DNA from: Balanoglossus misakiensis
Taxonomy: Eukaryota; Animalia; Hemichordata
NCBI GenBank assembly: GCA_040954595.2
Contig: CM082576.2
Span: 10,605,129-10,669,128, forward strand
Direction: 5' to 3'
DNA length: 64,000 nt
Each line of letters starts with the position of its first letter. Positions within the stretch are counted from its first letter, which is position 1. The notes under the pieces are model-generated. The model ran no database searches. It was not told the DNA's origin and saw only the letters and a list, made by a program, of their open reading frames with translations. Positions 37,501 through 51,224 of this stretch are shown here, piece by piece. Made by a program: the position numbers and the translations under genes.

Positions 37501-40500
37501 TACGGTTGTTGAAAATTGGAAATAAGCCACAGAATCAAGACTGATATGGGTTATCTATTATGTATATACATGTATGTGGCTGTAGTGGTAAACAAATTGT
37601 GTTTAAGAGATTAACCTGTTTCTGGTACCACATTTTTCCAGGACTGGGAATACCTCTTCAGTTCCGACTACCACAAGAAGGAGGGTCAGTCGCAGTCCAG
37701 GCTTCTGCACCTGTCGAAACCAGACACCACAGAGGAAGATGAAGGCAGACACGAAAGTGGCACCATGGACACGACAGCCGCACTCTTCCCCTACATCCCA
37801 ATAATCTTATTTACATTACATTTAGTATACGAGGTACACAATGTCATTTATTTCATGTTGAAATTTTGGGGTCATTGCAAAGTGCATTAGATCACAGCAT
37901 TCCATTGGTTCATCAAAAGATACATGCATTTCATTCTCTGAATTACTCAAAAAAATTTATATTAAATATTCATTGTTCCCTTCCCTCTCATTAGTTTGTA
38001 GATTGAAGAAATTCTATCAACATGTGTTGTTGACTCTTCTGTTGTTTTTGCACAGGAATTCAAGCTGAACGTGATGTTGTCGAGAAATTCGCAAGACTTG
38101 GCCTCACTGCTGGTACAGCTGGCAAGGTAATCGCATTCCCAGATGTTTCTGTAAAAAATTTTGCTGAACTTTGCCACTGTTGAATGTTGTCACTGCCCGT
38201 GACACTATTGACACAATCTTGCATGTTCGTCTCTTCTCACTTAGTGATCTGGAGTGGCTTGACTACACAGATTTGTACTGCAGAGACCATCCTGTCTTGG
38301 TGGCCTGTCTCAGGGAGGAATACAGACAAATGCTGCCAGGTTAGTCTAAAAATTTCATCATGTTTGTGAGTTCTGTACTTCCATCAATGTACTGTGAAAC
38401 GGAAAATTTTCGCGACAGGAAATTCTTGTGATATCAAACAGAGGTGACTATTTTGCGACGATCAATTTTCACATACTCTTATCTCTGAAAAACATTCTAT
38501 TGTACATATTGTTCTTTCGTGACTTTTTGTTTTCACGTTTTTGGGCTCTTGTGAAGTTCGCAAAAAATTTATTGTTCGCGAACATTTCCTGTTTTACATA
38601 TAGCTATACAGAGGAACATGAACTCCTAAACAAACCGATTTTTCAACATAGCCTTGATATCTATGAGAATATACCACATTCAGTAACGTTTATATGAGAC
38701 GTAAAGTTCCCTAGTCATAACACATCATTTCTTCTTCCCTTCCAGAACATCACCAATTGTTGCAGCAAGCCAGTTACCTAGTGACAGAGCCTCCCAGCGT
38801 GTATCAGTATCTGTCCAGGCTAATCAAAGGAATGCCCATCGGCTCCTATCCCTACCTGGAGAACATCAACAAGTATTCTCGCAATATCATTTTGGTAAGC
38901 TCTCTGTCACGTGGTAAAACAGTGAAGTCTGTAGTGTTCATTTTGTGGGTGGGGTCTTGGAATAATGCAAACACCAGCTTTAAAAATTAATGCTGTTGTA
39001 ACTCCTGTGGTATATTTCACAGTAATTGTTTTTATTCTACCTTGACACTACCGCTGAATTTCTTTTTGACCGTTGCAGCTCTATGTGACCTTTTTGACCC
39101 AGACTACTGCTGCAAGCATGCGAGAAATAGAAGACAAATTTATCCAAAGAATTCCACCATCAGGTATGCAAGTTATTTTTAAACAGCTTCTCAAGACATG
39201 GATGTACATGCATGTGCGCCCATGCAGTGCACACACGTGCACAGGAGACATGCACTTACACACAATTTCACAAGGAAAGGCCGAAGGGACGTGTGTATTA
39301 AAGTCACCTTAAAACAAGGAGATGTTTATTGAAAGCAGCCATGAATCTTTCTGAAAACACTCACTCTCTGTCATTCTTGAGTGCCTGATCTGCAGTGCTT
39401 GTATAAAACCCCACTGACCTCACATCACATCATCATTATTCTTTGAATCAGGTCCGAAGCAGTTTGCCAAAGAGGAGACAAAGTCGACACTGACCTTCGC
39501 CAAAGACTGCTCGGCGTCCGAGAGAGTTGTACTCTGCATGACAACCATGGGCCTGACGCTGCAGGACCTGGAGTGTTTGCCGTTCGGCGTTTCGTTGGCC
39601 CTGCACGACGCGATCTACCACTGCAGAAGCAACCCGCCAGCTGATTGGCCAGAGACTGCCTACATGCTGATTGGTCGACAGGATCTGTCAGCTGAAGCAC
39701 GACTGTTGGAGAAGAAAGACCATCTGCCTCCAGTGAGTATAGTTTATAAAAATGTCATTTTAGTTGAGGGAACAGGGGACAGGTATAATGAGGTTAGTGT
39801 GTCCTTTGAAGACATGTGGCAGTACAGATTAAGATTTGCCATTTAATTTGATTGAAAAGTCAGGATTCATTAGCAAAGATATATCTGAAAAATGTAGTTG
39901 AGTTTTGAAAGGTTGTGACAATTTTTTATCATGAAAAAAATTCATAAACGATTTGCTTCAAAGCCCATACATCATAATTATGTAGTCACTGACACACTAC
40001 CTTGGCAAATGATACAATTTTATATTTATGCTCAAAATTGCAAAATAGATAAACCATGACGCAATATTGTTCTCATGCAGGATATCGTCAATGTGTCAAA
40101 GATAGCTTTTGAAAAAGAAAATCTGGTACGAGCAAATCTACGTGTAACAACGCACATTCTCTCATCATGTTTTCATTTGTAAACACAACAGGGCACTGGA
40201 CTTGACTTTTGGAGTGTAAACTATACTCTTTGATTTTTCTTCTTCTCAATATTCCTCGATTTTCTTTCTCTCAGACGGAAGAGGATAATGGGGATGAAGA
40301 AGACGACGGAATGGAATGCCTGGATGTGGAATTGCTGAAGTTGAGATTTCCGGATGACCTACGAGTGCAGGAAGTGAGGCGGTTGCTACAGTCTTCCAAA
40401 CCAGTGAGGATAGCTCTGGTGCAGAAACCTGAAGTCAGGTAATGAATGGGGATGACTTGCATGGTTTCATTCAGGTGTGCATCATTACATGTGCAGAGGT

Positions 40501-43500
40501 CACAGAGGCTCGGATATAGAAGATACGAAAATGATCAAAATTATTTGCAAGACAATCACTTAACAACGGATAGGCTCATCCAATTGACATTTCAAGACGT
40601 GACAGTTTGAAGTCTTCTCGACTGACTCCTATTATTTTTTGTGTCAAAATAACAAGAAAGGCAATCAGATCAGGGCCAAAACTCAAAATCGTGATAGGAA
40701 AGACATTTTTGGGCGAAACACGTAAAAACTTCCCAGGAACTCATGAGCGTGTAGTACTTGGAATGGTATGTCATGGATATTGTGAAAAAAAATCACTCAG
40801 TGACATTCTTATTGACAGTTACCGTTTTCTATCTTCAATTTTTACAGCGACCATGACTTCATAGAGGAGCAAGAGAATAGACTGTTAAGTATTTGTCAGA
40901 GGACCATGTCGCTACCAGTTGGCAGGTGCGTCGTTTAGTACATTTCTTTGCTTCATGATTGAAGTGTATGTGGTAATGTCAAACTTTTTATGTGCCATGT
41001 CTGACAAGAAAAATGAAATTGACTTTATGTTAACTACTCTGGTGTTTTCCAAGGCTTGTATGACTATATGAGTACTTCAATTTGTGTTGTGTTGTGTTGT
41101 GTTGTGTTGTGTTGTGTTGTGTTGTGTTGTGTTGTGTTGTGTTGTGTTGTGTTGTGTTGTGTTGTGTTGTGTTGTTGTGTGTTGTGTTGTTGTGCTGTGC
41201 TGTGCTGTTATGTAATATGTCATGTCATGTGATCTCATATGATGCACTGTGCTGTTGTTACTGATCACATCTGTTCAGTTTTTCTTGCCTACTCCAGTCA
41301 GCTACAAATTCCTTCTGATGAACTGATTCCATGTAACTGTGTCTTTGTGTCAACATTTGATCAAAGTGCATCATCCCCTTCTCCCATCCATAACAGGGGA
41401 ATGTTTACCCTGTGTACATCCCATCCCGTCATCACGGAAACACTGACAATACCGAAGTTGAATCTGACTGGCAGGGCTCCACCCAGGTAGGTCATTTCAA
41501 ATGCTTGGAAGCAGGAAAGCTCCTCTCTAGGTCCTGTTGGCTAGCTAAGACTGATATTTGAAAGTGTCAATGTCCCTTACCAGTAATCGTGTTTGATGTG
41601 TTATGTACTAGGTATGACCAGTTCCATTCTGATATCAGACGATCATCCTTTTCTGAGTATCAAGCCATCATATAAATCATGTGCAGTTTCACCTCTAGTG
41701 TTTTTTTTTGTCAATTTGTTAAGAATAGTCACCATGGTGTGACAAATGATTGTTATCTTCGCGTATTCTTTTTTTCCCACAGGAACAATACAGTCGACCT
41801 GAAACACATTGACGTGCCAGCCAACATGGGTGCATGGCCGTCATTTCACAATGGTGTTGCTGCAGGGCTGAGGATAGCATCAGGTGATTCCCAGGTAATC
41901 GGTGTCTTCCCAAAACTCAGTGATGCAATTCTGTCTTGGCACGCTCAAATTTGCCTCATGTCCAAAACATCACTGGCCTCTAAAACTTCAGACTTTTTCG
42001 GGGAGGTTTGACGTCCGTCCAAGGCACTATTTATGACTGGAAAGTGTGTGATACAGTACGCTAGTGTGCCAGTGTTTGTGAAAATACTCAACGTCAAGAC
42101 CATGAATTCCTGATCAACATAAATAATGATGTCAGCATCTGATATGTGCACTCAGATATGGCTGAATAGACTGGCTGGATGTAATTTATGTTCAACTACT
42201 GATACAATAGTTTGTATGTCACTATGTGAAATAAAAACAAAATGCTCCAATGATAACCAACAGAACCAGCCAAGTTCTTCTCTCAGAAGTTCTCACACAT
42301 GGGTTGTTTTATTCCACCAGATTGATGCAACGTGGATCGTGTACAACAAACCCAAGTCCGGTCTGGGCAACGAGCTGACCAATGAGCATGCTGGATTTCT
42401 GATGGCGCTGGGACTCAACGGTCATCTGGCCAAACTGGATACTCTGAATTTACATGAATACCTCATCAAGGTGAGATTTGGTGTTGGAGGAGTGAGATAG
42501 GTGACTCAAAATTGATAAATCCATCTGGAATGTTTTAGCAGAGTGGGAAAACCAATTGCCATGGCTCTTCCACTGTGTCTGAGTTGAATTTCTCTTCTCC
42601 AACGTAGGCCCATGAATTTACAAGCGTGGGATTGCTGCTGGGACTAGCTGCAGTCAAGTAAGTTATACTTATTAAAGTCAAATTGATTACTGTCATCATT
42701 ACCGGTAAAAGAACACGCATGTATATCTGAAAAGCAGTGGAGATCGAAAATTTGTTAGCAATAAGTCACACTGTGTCACTGGTGTCTAAATTGTCTCCCA
42801 AGTAGAGAAGAGACGAAAAAATATTAATCACAATAACAAAATGGCTCTCTGTGTTACACTGCATGTTTATAGGAGGGGTACAATGGATGTAGCAGCTACG
42901 AAAGCACTCAGTATCCACGCAGAAGCTCTTCTGCCGGTCTCGTCTTCAGACCTGGATGTTGCACACATCGTACAGGTAGCGGCCATCATCGGCATCGGAC
43001 TTGTGTATCAGGGAACAGCGCACAGGCACATTGCCGAAGTATTGCTGGCTGAAATAGGTAAAGCTGTGTGTGTTGGGTCAAATCTTGGTCAACCAGACAG
43101 TAATACTGTTTCCTAGCTATTGACTGTATGTACATATGTAATGACTATCCAAATCCAGCCTCTCTATTTCAGAGTGTGAGGTCAGACTTAATTTCTGGAG
43201 TGGTGGATTCTAAATACACTGTGGACGTCACTATATAATGTGCTGGACAGAAAAACAAAAAATAGCGAACAGATGGATATTAGTGAAACCGACGTTTCTT
43301 ATTGGGTTACAGGTAGGCCACCTGGTCCCGAGATGGAAAACTGTACAGACAGGGAGTCTTATTCATTGGCTGCTGGAATTGCACTTGGACTTGTAACTCT
43401 TGGGGTGAGTTTGCAGATTGTGTCTCGTTTGTACAATCAGGCGATCGTTTCACATTGATCTTGTGTTGTCATGAACTCGTGCTTGAAAGTGCAAAGATCA

Positions 43501-46500
43501 TTTTACCCCTCCTTCACCCAATTTTCCTAAATGTGGACATACATCTTGGCGTCGATATGGGGAAAATATGAAACACGCACAAATTTAACAAAAAGTCAAC
43601 CCACAAACCTTTGGAGTTACTGTCTGTTTTTTCATCCATGATTAATGCATTCTCTCTGCAGCATGGAAGTGATGCCATTGGATTATCCGATTTGAATATT
43701 CCGGATCAGTTGTACCATTACATGGTTGGAGGGCAGAGGAGACTGATGGTAAATATTTTATTCCAACATTTGCTGTGGCTCAGGTTACTGCAATGCATGT
43801 GTGCAAAATACATGTATATGACCAGGTGAACTATACATGTTCCAGTAGTCATTTTCTTGTTACAATTGCATGTGTTCATGCAACCATGGCCAGAAAAGAA
43901 ATTATAATCTGATTTAACCCAGATTTTTGTGTCTGGGTTCTTGTTTGTCGGTCTCTTGGGACCTAGTGTACTCAGTAAATGTCATATAGCTGTTGGCAAC
44001 TTGGTTGAGTAAAATTCAAATGACTTTGCACTTTTCGACCACACTTTTTTTAAAACTTCGTGAAAGCAATCTCGGCAGAATTGTCAATTTCTGTATTGCT
44101 TCATCTGCCAACAGACTGCGGCGCAGAGAGAGAAGTTCAAATCGCCCAGCTACCAAATCAAAGAAGGAGATCAAGTCAACACAGACTTGACATCGCCGGG
44201 GGCCACGCTAGCATTGGGTCTCATGTTCTTGAAGACAGGAAATAAGTAAGCAGGGCATAATCTCTTTGTAAATGCTGCCTTCATCGTCAGTTACATGTAA
44301 CTCTGAGAATATTTGCTGATCTGTAGTCGCACGTACAGAGAGCTGACATGAAGTGTGCAATATGTGAATTGGTTGTTCCACGTAGTAGTGATACGAATGT
44401 TGAAGTTGAAGTAGAACAGTATTCATGCATGTGAATGCAGACACACACGTGCGCATGCACACTCACATACATACATACAAACATGAAGATAACAGTAACT
44501 GAGTAATAGACAAGGTACAGTGTATGATCATATCTAGCAACACCCCATAACACTGCATATGAATGATGAGACATCAAATTTTCATATGTTCAATGTACCT
44601 GTTTCTGTCAAACATGTTGTGATAATGTATTCACTGTATGTGTCTTTCTCACCCACAATCATCCATACCAATGAATCATTTTGACAGGGCTGTTGCACAG
44701 TGGCTTACTGCTCCAGACACACAGTTTCTTCTAGATTTTGTCAGACCAGATTTTCTCATACTCAGGGTGAGTTGTTTAAAGAATGTAATTATTCTTATAT
44801 ACATGTACTTTTAGAATTGTTAACTTTCTTTTTTCAAAGTGTTTGTTCAAAATATTCAAAGTTGCTGAGAAATGGTTTGGGAACGTGCATGTTGATGTTT
44901 TCATTTCGGTCATGAACATTACCAGCTTTCATAGTTTGATGAGATGAAATGTCTTTACTGCAATGCAAGAATGCAAGCAACCTCGTCTCTCCAGGGTCCC
45001 ATCACAAGGTTCTCTGGTATGAGACAGAGATCAAAAACTCACCAGACTTTTTTGTTTCTTGACTTGACAGATCCTCAGCCATGGTTTGATTCTGTGGGAC
45101 GAGATACGCCCAACAGTTGAATGGGTTGAAAGCAACATTCCAAAGGTAAGCCATTCAGAAACAAGAAAGGCATGCCATAATATGTATGAATTTTCAGCAC
45201 TTGGGTTTAATATTCAACAACTGTTGTTAATTATACAAAGAACAAGTCATTATCAGCCTGTTGAAAATTGAATTTATTACGTGTTTCTGTCTGTCTGTAT
45301 CACAGATTGTACATGAGTACGCGTTCAAGAGCACGTCATCTGAAGATGGTGGTGGCGGCGGCGATGCAGACATAGATTACCAAACTATGAGGTAGGAGAA
45401 TGCTGGATGACATTTTTCTGTGTGTCTTAGTAGTATGTTTTACATCATGTATTCAAAAAATCTTCACATCAAGGACAAAACAGCGGAGTGATCGCAGTTG
45501 ATTTGATTGTGAATAGTACTCTTCACACTTTTATCTATTTATTAAAGAGAGGGTGTTTTTGCCATAATGGGGGAATAAAATTGTAATTACAGAAATGTTC
45601 TCGTTTGATTTCCCTTGCAGTCAAGCCTACTGTAATATACTTGCTGGGGCCTGTATGTGTGTCGGACTACGGTTTGCAGGTTCTGCTAATGAGAGCGCTT
45701 TTAAGTGTTTGGTAAGTGGAATCAGAGTTTGGTGGGTCTTGTGTTGAATGAAAAGATGCCTCTCAATACAGTTTACCTGTAAGCCCAAAACTACATGGAT
45801 GGAGTAGTTTTGAAAGTCATCCTTTTTGCCCTTTATAACTGACTTTTGAGCATTTGCCAAGAATTGACAACTCAGCTGGTTTAACATATTCTTCCATTTT
45901 ATCTTACAGTTACATTTTGCCAAGCAGTTCATTGCGTTATCTACCAAGAATGTGGCTGAATCCGTAAGTAATAATATCGTAAGTTATTGCCAATTCAAGG
46001 TTCATCCCCCCCCTCCAATAGTCAGACAATTCGCCCACATTTCCCTCTGTAGAGGTCCAACTTTTCCATAGAAACCATTGACTATGGACGAAACCATTAT
46101 CATGGTTTAGCAGCCGAAAGTGGTCTTATGTATAGTATATTGCTAGGCCAACAAAATGATATTATCATTATCACACTTATAATCAAGTTATGCGGGGTGT
46201 CCATGCATCTGTTGATTGTACCACAGCGCCCTCTATATCAACAGGGCTCGAAATTCGCGGTAGCCCCGCGTCCACAGACTACCAATGTTTGCGATCGGGC
46301 TACCAATTTGACACCAGTGGTAGCCCGATTGGGCTACCATGCGTGCGACAACCAGCAGTGTTTTCTCGATCTCCAGGACGCGCGATTCCCCCTCTTTTAC
46401 ACTTGAATCGCCCCTTGTAACAAGTTCAAGGGGCGACAATCGCCCCTTCGTGAGCAGCCCACCCGGCCAGTACATGCGCGTCCAAGCCTCAATAGCACGC

Positions 46501-49500
46501 ACAGTCAGTCAAAACACTGGGAAAACGGCCGATATTACTGCGTGCTGGCCTATACATTTTAACTTCCCACCCCCCAAAACTATGTTGTAGATGACTTTCA
46601 CATTCATTCACGTGTAATTTAGCTCCAGGGCTATAGTGTGCAATTGTTGGAACAGCCTATCTGGACACCGTCTAAATTTAGAGCACACACTCTGCACTCA
46701 AGTGATGGCTGAACGTAACAATTTTATGCAAATTAAAAGAACTGCGTTCATCTCAGTTTTCCATGACCTTGTTTGGAAGGAAAGTCATTCAATATGTACA
46801 GAGACTGTCCATTTGAGTAGTGTGCTTAGCCACAGATGGGAAGTGTTGGCAGAAATCTGAAGGAATATATACTACTTCAATTTATTTCACTATAATAATG
46901 GTTTCAAAATCTATTATTTTGGCAGCTAAAAAAACTGAAACTTTTAAAATCAAACAAGAATTTTTTTAAAGACACTATTGTTTTTGCAGTTGCATTTATT
47001 TTATTCGTTTCACTCTCCTTGCCAGGGGAGCAGTTAATCAGTCACTCTCCTACCACTTGTGTAATTAATTTCAGGAGAGTTATTTTCAGCTCTCCAGGCT
47101 TTTTTTAAATTACATGCCCTGAAAGTTATGCAAGTTGGTGTCTTCCTCTGCAAAACCTACTAATTTTAAGAAGAAAAAACTGTAACTGTTAATTTGTTGT
47201 CAAGTTCACATGTAAAATGTTGTAATTTACTAATACTGTTTTTAATATGGAATGAAGGCAGTTAGTAAGTTAACGTTCAAAATTGTCATTCGTGACATTT
47301 ACTTCGACCAAATCCCCCTTAATTTTGGACTAAGGGGGGACATTCCCCCTTCTCTCAACATCCTGGAGAAAACACTGGGTTCAACCGGCCGCGGACTCGT
47401 GTGCATTTTGACACGTGTCAATCAACAATATAATTGTTCACCATAGCAGTATGTATATTAAAAATTTACCAACGTTCTCAAACAGATATAGACCTACTAC
47501 CGTACTTGTAGCAGTATACAATGTACATTGATTTATCATTGTATTATGTGGACTACCAGCTATTGCTCTTGGGCTACCAACTTTAGAAAATGGTAGCCCA
47601 CTGAGGCTACCAAGAAAAAAAACGAATTTCGAGCCCTGATCAACATGTCTCGTCAGTCAAATCATGTGAATACTCCACAGTGAATGAAAATTTGTTCTCT
47701 GCATTTAACATTCTGATTTGAACAAAAGTTTCAATACCAACTGTGTTCAGGGAAATAGTTGTTTATTATAGAAGGGACACATTGGTAAAAATTTCCTCCA
47801 TTTTTGTGATTCGTGCAGGCTGGTAAGAACACCATTGAAAGCTGCCTGAACGCCACGGTGCTCTCCCTCGCCATGGTGATGGCTGGCACGGGCAACCTGG
47901 AAGTGTTGCGCCTCACCCGGCACCTGCACACCCGCATAGGGAACGAAGTCAACTACGGAAGTCACATGGCCACGCACATGGCCATAGGGCTGTTGTTCCT
48001 CGGGGGAGGGCGATACACACTGAGTACATCCAACACTGCCATTGCCGCTTTGGTGTGTTCTGTCTTCCCTAGGTTTCCCATGCACAGCAACGACAACAGG
48101 TGAGAGATCAGTCGGTACATCTGTGGAGGTTCTATATCAGAGCAATATTAACTCGTTCTGCAAAGACTTTGGTAATTCTGTCCGGAATGTGTAGATTTTA
48201 GATGTCAGTGGATGAAAAATTGTACATGGTCAGTTGTTTGAAACACACACTCAAGCATGCACTGGTCTTTGTAACTGTGTTGTGAAGAAATTGACAAATA
48301 CTGCATTTCACTGCTGTGGTGTGTGTGTGTGGTACAAAAGATTAGCTTAGTGATCTTTGTGAATGTGAGAAAGACCAAGAACAATTGGCTGTCATTTCTC
48401 CGATTGAAATGAATTGTCTCTTCTGCATTTCAGATATCACTTGCAAGCCTTGCGTCATCTCTACGTCCTGGCTGCCGAACCAAGACTAATCCTGCCCAGG
48501 GATGTGGATACAAACAAATCGTGCTATGCGAGGTTAGAGGTCATATTCAAGGTAAGAAAGCAACTTCAAAGCTTTCTGACATTACTTAGAAGATGAATGT
48601 TATCTGCATCACAGTTCATAGGAATTTATTAAATTATGATACAATGGTGTCATTTTTAGTTGATCTCATTTGCCATCAGATCGCTTGATATCTCTCTTTT
48701 TTATTATTGAAAAAACAGATAACTTTCAAATTAATATTTCCTTGTTTAATGCTGACAAATAATCACTAATTTTTAGGAAGGAGAAAAACTTCCATTAAAT
48801 GTGCATGAATGACTGTTCAACTTTGTAGGAAACTGCCTGGTACAAGGAACTGAAAATAGAAATGATGGCACCATGTATCATACCTGAACTTGGTCTTCTT
48901 AAACAGGTAAGTCATCAAGTCAGAAGTATAAATGAGTATTTACACACTTTCCCCAAGACATCGTTGGTTGAATAGTCTTTTAAAACCATGAAGGCAGTCA
49001 GGAAAGTTTTTCTGTAAACAGACATCTTTAATTTGTACGTTTTTCAGATCAATGTGTTAGGTCCAAGGTATTGGCACATCAAGTTGGACGTGGAGAAATA
49101 CAGCGAGACGGTCAAGGCAATCTTGAAGAACAGTGGAACACTGTATGTCAAACAGAGGGCTGGACATCTCTCATATGTCGAGGATCCCAAGGTAATAAGT
49201 CAAGATCATATGAGCGGAATTTGAATATAAGGCTGTAGTGGTGGTATTTCTGAATACAAATTTTATTGAAAAATGCTTGCAGACTGAACATCTATACAAT
49301 TGATGCTACATGTTGATTCTACAGATCCATTCAAATGCTTTGTGTGTCTCTTTGCAGGGTTTTCGTAGTCTTCTGTCGCAGACCTTCACTCACGATCAGT
49401 CCGGTCACCAGACGGTGCAGCCGGACGTCATCAGGTCGTTCACCTCCGATCCCAGCATTCTGGTGTTTGCAGAGTACTGCTGTAATCAGAACCTGTCGGC

Positions 49501-51224
49501 AAAGGAGGTGAGAGAGAGAGAGAGTGAGACAGAGAGAGAGAGAGTGAGAGAGAATTTGTTTTGTTGTGTACATAGGTCCTGCATCACTATTGAAAACAGG
49601 GATTACACTGAGTTTCATGATAGTGCAATTTTTTAGCCATTCTTTGTATTCTCATCACCCATTGACCTTTTTTTCTGATGTGTTTTAATCGCAGGAGAGG
49701 GAGATGATTTCACTGTTTGGCTCGGTCTTGTACGAGTGCATCACCAAAGAGAAACCAGAACTGTTGGAGACGCACATTGCAATGGATCAAGTAAGCTCTA
49801 GATTGACGACTGCGTTGTTGGACGTTTCAATATTAACTTCTGAAAGCCAGAGATATCTTGAAACTTGAGGGTTGGTAATATTACTTGGTATTAGTGACAA
49901 ATGCCAAGCCGTAGCTCAAAACCAGACTGACTCTGTTCTGTATCTCTGCACCGTATCATCACAGGCTGTTCGAAGAATGCTGACAACACCGGACCCCCTA
50001 TCTCTCTGGCAAATCAAACTGATCCTGGCCTACTATGAAGAGGCCTATCCCGTGTTGCGGACATCACTGCCGGCCATGTTCATGTGGCCACTCATCAACT
50101 CGGAGTTCCTGACGTCCGTCAAGAGTAGGATCGATCGTCACCTGGACAGCTGGTTCCAGAGTAAGTATGGTTTTGCCTGGCAGTGAGAACTGCTACCTGC
50201 ATGGCCGAATAGTAATTGCTGTCTTTTCCTACACCCCCCCCCCCCCCACATATTTCTGTCCAGGCCCTGAATGCTGGAGGGAGGAGGACGCTTGCTGAAA
50301 TGAGTTGTTCCAGCGTGAGATGAATTTTCAGAATATCTAGTTTTTACAACCCATAGAATGAAATTTCAAATTGATATGATGCTTGCATTTGCATGCTTTG
50401 ACCAATGGTCAAATGAAAATGTGTCTCATAATTTCCCTTGTGGATCACAACTATCTACCCGAAAATACAGCTCAAAAGAGGAAATCAACATCTGAGAGAA
50501 TGTTTTTTGACCAGACACCTATTTTACAGGTGCTTGCACTCACTGTGATATCCGAATGTTCTCCTACCATAAGAAACTCTGATTGCGTGTATCTTTCAAT
50601 TTACAGGCAATCTGGCATCAGTTGCAGATTATCTACAGGTGAGAAACACCACCAGGATAGATGATCATCTTCTGTACTGCTTCCTCCTCTTCCATGACAT
50701 TCCAACTCCTCGTTTGCTTACCAAGATGATAACCTCAGGTTTGTATTAGAGCAGATGAGAATCTCTTATTGATTTTTATCGTGACTGACTTTACGTAGGT
50801 TTTCTATGGCCAGGCTGATATGTCTAGCTTGATGCAAAATCAGGATTTTGAACTGACCAATCATATTTGAGTTCTGTCCCAATTTGCAATAAAGTCTTGA
50901 AGTATCATTCTCTGATCGCTAGTGTCTGAGGTTCAGTACTGTCTAAAGAACCTCCAAATTTCATCCCACAATTTTCACGCATAATAACTGGGTAAAAGAA
51001 TAATGAGTAAACTTTGATTTGCATACTGTAAACTGAATAAAGTAACTGACGTTAATATTGTGTTCAGCTTGACTTGCGACGTGTTTCACTGAAAATGGTG
51101 TGTGTTTCTTTTTTCATTCTGCATTGCAGGTTGCCAAAGCATTCCTCACCTGATCAAAGCACTGACTGAGTTGCACCTTCCAGTGTCCTCTGCCATGAGA
51201 CTGTTGCCAGCCTTGCAGCTGTAG
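31554..51224 (+). CDS. ANAPC1: Anaphase-promoting complex subunit 1, about 47 coding exons
   Basis: First coding exon 31554-31724 (MIAAAEPQEFVPHGREHCELHP), then EELYIAGNTVVWSKG, FSLLHPLDEPAP, LECLPFGVSLALHDAIYHCRSNPPADWP, LKLRFPDDLRVQEVRRLLQSSKPV, WPSFHNGVAAGLRI, HAGFLMALGLNGHL, PC repeats (AAIIGIGLVYQGTAHRH, SLAAGIALGLVTLG, GATLALGLMFLKTGN, HMAIGLLFLGGG), DNRYHLQALRHLYVLA, GHLSYVEDPKGF. Last exon 51130-51224 ends LPVSSAMRLLPALQL*. Introns I checked are GT-AG. Confidence 0.96.
35186..35367. mobile_element. Complete MITE with TTAA TSD and AGG...CCT termini (Kolobok/T2-like) in an ANAPC1 intron
   Basis: TTAA at 35186-35189 plus AGGTATACGGTCACCT; AGGTGACCGTATACCT at 35348-35363 plus TTAA. Perfect 16-bp TIR. 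Confidence 0.88.
38390..38600. mobile_element. MITE with TACTGT...ACA(G)TA-type imperfect TIRs in an ANAPC1 intron
   Basis: Left TACTGTGAAACGGAAAATTTTCGCGA versus right TCGCGAACATTTCCTGTTTTACATA (imperfect inverted repeat), with internal TTTCGCG-like motifs. Confidence 0.65.
41082..41232. repeat. (TTGTG)n pentanucleotide microsatellite in an ANAPC1 intron
   Basis: GTGTT tandem degrading into GCTGT/ATGTC. Confidence 0.95.
46242..47638. mobile_element. Non-autonomous DNA transposon (CAGGG termini, hAT-like) with 5-bp TSD
   Basis: Perfect 16-bp TIR CAGGGCTCGAAATTCG / CGAATTTCGAGCCCTG; ATCAA directly flanks both ends (46237-46241, 47639-47643); subterminal GGTAGCCC/GGGCTACC repeats at both ends. 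Confidence 0.88.
46356..47377. mobile_element. Second TIR element nested inside the above (CAGTG termini)
   Basis: Left CAGTGTTTTCTC[GATCTC]CAGGACG versus right CATCCTGGAGAAAACACTG (reverse complement CAGTGTTTTCTCCAGGATG). No TSD visible. Confidence 0.65.

Noticed and set aside
46128-47446. Transposase coding capacity in the nested element
   Set aside because: Only short ORFs with no DDE or BED-finger motifs.
31554-51224. Non-canonical (U12 or GC-AG) introns in ANAPC1
   Set aside because: All donors I traced begin GT without the U12 GTATCCTT signature.
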